Assembly (NCBI RefSeq): GCF_033153115.1
Contig: NW_026889774.1
Coordinates: forward strand, 23,746,001-23,810,000
Length of the DNA: 64,000 nucleotides
Source of the DNA: Saccostrea echinata
Taxonomy: Eukaryota
Direction of reading: 5' to 3'
Position 1 is the first letter of the stretch, and each line of letters opens with the position of its first letter. A model generated the notes under the pieces. The model saw nothing but the letters and a program-made list of their open reading frames with translations. It ran no database searches and was not told the DNA's origin. Below, one piece after another: positions 60,700 through 64,000 of this stretch. Both the position numbers and the translations under genes were made by a program.

Positions 60700-62049
60700 T
60701 TTGTCCAAAATGATGCGTTAATGAATGTGGTATTACAATCGATTTATTCGTTAATTTGTGAGTTATTTTTGACGACCAGCTGATAATAACACGACAAAAC
60801 ATTTGAAAAACAAAGGAATGCTGTTCTGCAATGGTTTAAATATTTTTAATATTCATGTCTTTTCAGAAACTGGCAATAGCGCAATACAATTGTTCAATTT
60901 TATTTGAATTTTTATCGTTTTGTTCATTGAAATATACTGAAAGAGTTATCATTAAAATGAATTATGAATGACAGTTTTCTGTTCGATCTAAGAAAACTCA
61001 ACTGAAGTCAAAACGAGTTAACAGATGTTTCAAAAAGGATCAAAGACAAAATTCGATCACATCTAATATATGTTTCATATCTATTCCTTTTGATAGTCTT
61101 GTGATAAATAAAGACATTATTTTAATTTTTAAGTCCCTCATTTAAATAATAAGTAAAAAGAAATTGCCCCTCTGGATATAATAATTTTCTAAATAAAATG
61201 TTAAAAAGCCCAATCTACGGAGGCCCATTTAGGAACTATCAAAATATTTTTGAATTCAATATAACGAATAATTAAATTTGTAAAATCAAATTATATTACT
61301 TAAAACATTTTCTTTAATTCTTTTAAAAGAATACTGATATATATTAAAATGAACGAAATTCGTTTAATTGAATTTTTCATCCTAAATGGACTAAATGGAC
61401 TTCCGTAGAAAACAAAAGAGAATGGGAAAAATAAATCGCATCTGTTTGCATTGGTCACTTCCAAAATATTCTGTAAATAATGCTCGCGGCAACAATTCAA
61501 AATTTAGACTGGTATTGCCTGTCTCTGTCGTTCGAAAGATCGCGCATATCCGACAGGCAAGCCAGTCTACGCAAAATTTCAAACACCAGACTAACTCGAT
61601 CAATTTGTTTATATTTTTCAAAGTTAGGCGGGGGCAAAACAGCAATAATTGACAAGCAACAAAAACAAACAAACAAACAAAACAAACAAACAAACAAACA
61701 AAAAACAATAACAACAACAAAACGGGGGGGGGGGGGGCTTGCTCTAACTTTTCGACATTTTTTTTAATGCGCTGACCAATACTGCGCTTAAAGGGGGCAA
61801 GCGACCTTTCAATGAAAATTGCTGCACTAAAAAAAAAAATACATAAAGACTTCTTTAAAAAAGCATAATAAAAAAAAGTGGAATTATCTGAAGATTGTAT
61901 GTATAAAGTTTAAATTATATATGCGTACAGTTTGAAGTTAAGGCGATAGGTGGTAAACATATAATGTAGTATAAAGGTTAATGACTAAATTAAATGTACC
62001 TAGAAATCATTTTTTAGAAACGTTGCAATTCACAAATCATTAATTAATC

Positions 62050-62211
62050 CAGTGGCGGATCCAGGAATCTTGAAAGGGGGGGGGCGACTAGTTTGGGGTC
62101 GGGGTAAGGGCCCACGGCCACGCCAACAAAATTGATTTATTAAATCTTATGTATATTTTGGACACAAAAGGGAAGGGGCGTGCCCCCTGCCCCCCTCTAA
62201 ATCCGCCAGTG
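62050..62211. mobile_element. Short GC-rich MITE
   Basis: cagtggcggat...atccgccagtg imperfect TIRs. Confidence 0.55.
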
Positions 62212-62593
62212 TTAAATCTATGGTTTATTGAATTAACAGTATCAATATCTTTTAAGACAGAGACCTTCTTGCTACATGTATCTGCATAAATATGGCGACT
62301 GATTTCAGATTTAATTGCTAGCATCTATATTTAGTAATATACAATGTCTATGCCATCTGATTTCATTTGACAATTGGGATCAAACCTCGCGAGCATAAGA
62401 TTATAGCCATAAAAATGACCATTACTTCTGGGTCGCACCGAATAACCAATATACAGGTGCTTACTTCTTTAATAATTGATCAGCAATGAAGTAACCTTAA
62501 GCCAATACATCGAAGTACATTCGAAATTGAATATCTAGATCAGATGTCAGGGCACTGAGAATTGGTGTCATTTCATTCTTTGTTATTGAAATA

Positions 62594-62679
62594 ATGCGGA
62601 AACAATTTGATGAATTCGTATCATCCACAACAATTCATGGAATCAACAAAGCAGGAGATTTTAGTTTAACAAGAAGAAG
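62594..62679 (+). CDS. Probable first coding exon of a DEG/ENaC (ASIC/FaNaC-like) channel
   Basis: MRKQFDEFVSSTTIHGINKAGDFSLTRR with the family F..STT.HG pre-TM1 motif, followed by aag|gtaatt donor. Confidence 0.6.
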
Positions 62680-62961
62680 GTAATTTTATATGCTTTATTA
62701 ATGATATGTATGTGACGTATATTGGTATACTGGAAAGATCGACGATGGTTGAAAAGGGCTTTTCATTCCGCCAAACTATGGACATTAATCTTTCATATTC
62801 TTAAAGGACATAGGATACTCAAAAAATTATATTACTAAGCATAGAAATCTGCAGGTTTAGTTATTGCCAAAATACATATTTATCTTAAAATTTCCCTATT
62901 AAATCAGGCTTAATTTTTCATTCTCCCCAAAGCAAAACTGTTAATATCTATACTGAAATTC

Positions 62962-64000
62962 GAAGCAAAACATGAAAAAATAAACTTACCCAAAATAAAT
63001 AAAAGTTTAACCATTTTACCATGTTATAAATTAATCTTGAAACAACAAACAACAAAAGCAAGAGGATATGAAAAAAAAACCAATTATCCCGAATATTGGA
63101 TATCCTATTACCTCAATCAAATGAATTCAAAGAGGGTTTGTGACCAAATTAATGCTCGATATGCTGTTTTCTTACGGTTGATAATGAACTCCTTCATTTA
63201 ACCCCTTGTAATAAATAACATTATCTAAACAGAAGACAATATCTTTAAAATGAACAAAGTATGCATGTGATGAAAAAAAAATGCTACATTTGTAAGCTAA
63301 TTTTAGTTCTGATGAAGCAATTCATGTACATTATTACGTAATCTTTCTATTGTATTGTCTTTCCACAAAGTTTTGTTTTACTATCAGATTTAATGTAGCC
63401 AAATTTTTATTTTTAAATTAGAATTCAGTTTGCATATTTATCTAGCACACTTTTGAAAGAATTGTGAAGATTACGAACAGTGTCAGTCTCGAATGTCTAT
63501 TTCAACAATACAAATTATGTGCAGAGCCAAAGCGGACCTCTGAAAATATAGGTGAGATCAGGTGCCAACGAGGAGTAAGCATCACCCCTTGACCGGTGAC
63601 ACGCGCCGTGTGCTCCTTGTCATGACTGAGCAAAATGAAAAATCCGTGGTCAATTCAGTTTGAAAATAACGGCCTGACAATTTCACGGGCACTTGTTTCT
63701 GTAATAAATTTTTGACCCATAGTATAATAATAACACAAGGAATCCAACTCCGAATTACACGGAGTACCCAAACCAGGTTATACTCGAATAATTTGGCCAA
63801 GAATTAGAGTCATTCCTAAAATAAACTTACCCAAAATAAATAAAAGTTTAACCATTTTACCATGTTATAAATTAATCTTGAAACCACCAACAGCAAAAGC
63901 AAGAAGATATGAAAAAATCACCAATTATCCCGAATATTGGATATCCTATTACCTCAAAGCAAAACATGAAAAAATAAACTTACCCAAAATAAATAAAAGT
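62962..64000 (+). repeat. ~155-bp direct/tandem repeat
   Basis: aaaataaacttacccaaaataaataaaagtttaacc...tatcctattacctcaa at ~62975-63117 and ~63817-63957, with a third copy starting before the window end. Confidence 0.8.

Noticed and set aside
60500-60802. ORFs containing X runs
   Set aside because: They span the N gap.

Overview
AT-rich, intron-containing eukaryotic DNA, most likely a bivalve (oyster-like; inferred from ~167-bp Cg170/BIV160-type satellites inside Helentron/HINE-like elements and an intronless mollusc-type Toll-like receptor). Gene order: unidentified exon (-), MIEAP/SPATA18-domain gene (+), GATB (-), CHIC2-like (+), UTP18 (-), MRPL30 (+), a TLR (+) and the first coding exon of a probable DEG/ENaC channel (+). 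Main observations: (1) a 9.8-kb foldback element (13122-22938) with a 7-bp TSD and long asymmetric inverted arms of AT-rich DNA plus a 21-bp minisatellite, inserted 14 bp upstream of the CHIC2 ATG in the former short GATB/CHIC2 bidirectional promoter; (2) a UTP18 intron made almost entirely of ~27 tandem 55-bp copies of its own exon end and 5' splice site, with the five copies nearest the real donor degraded, and a smaller donor-derived array two introns downstream; (3) a TLR lacking the TIR BB-loop proline; (4) several nested non-autonomous DNA transposons. The long repetitive ORFs at 13.9-14.5 kb and 19.4-22.2 kb are minisatellite artefacts. Exon boundaries and repeat counts were read by eye; no database searches were run.
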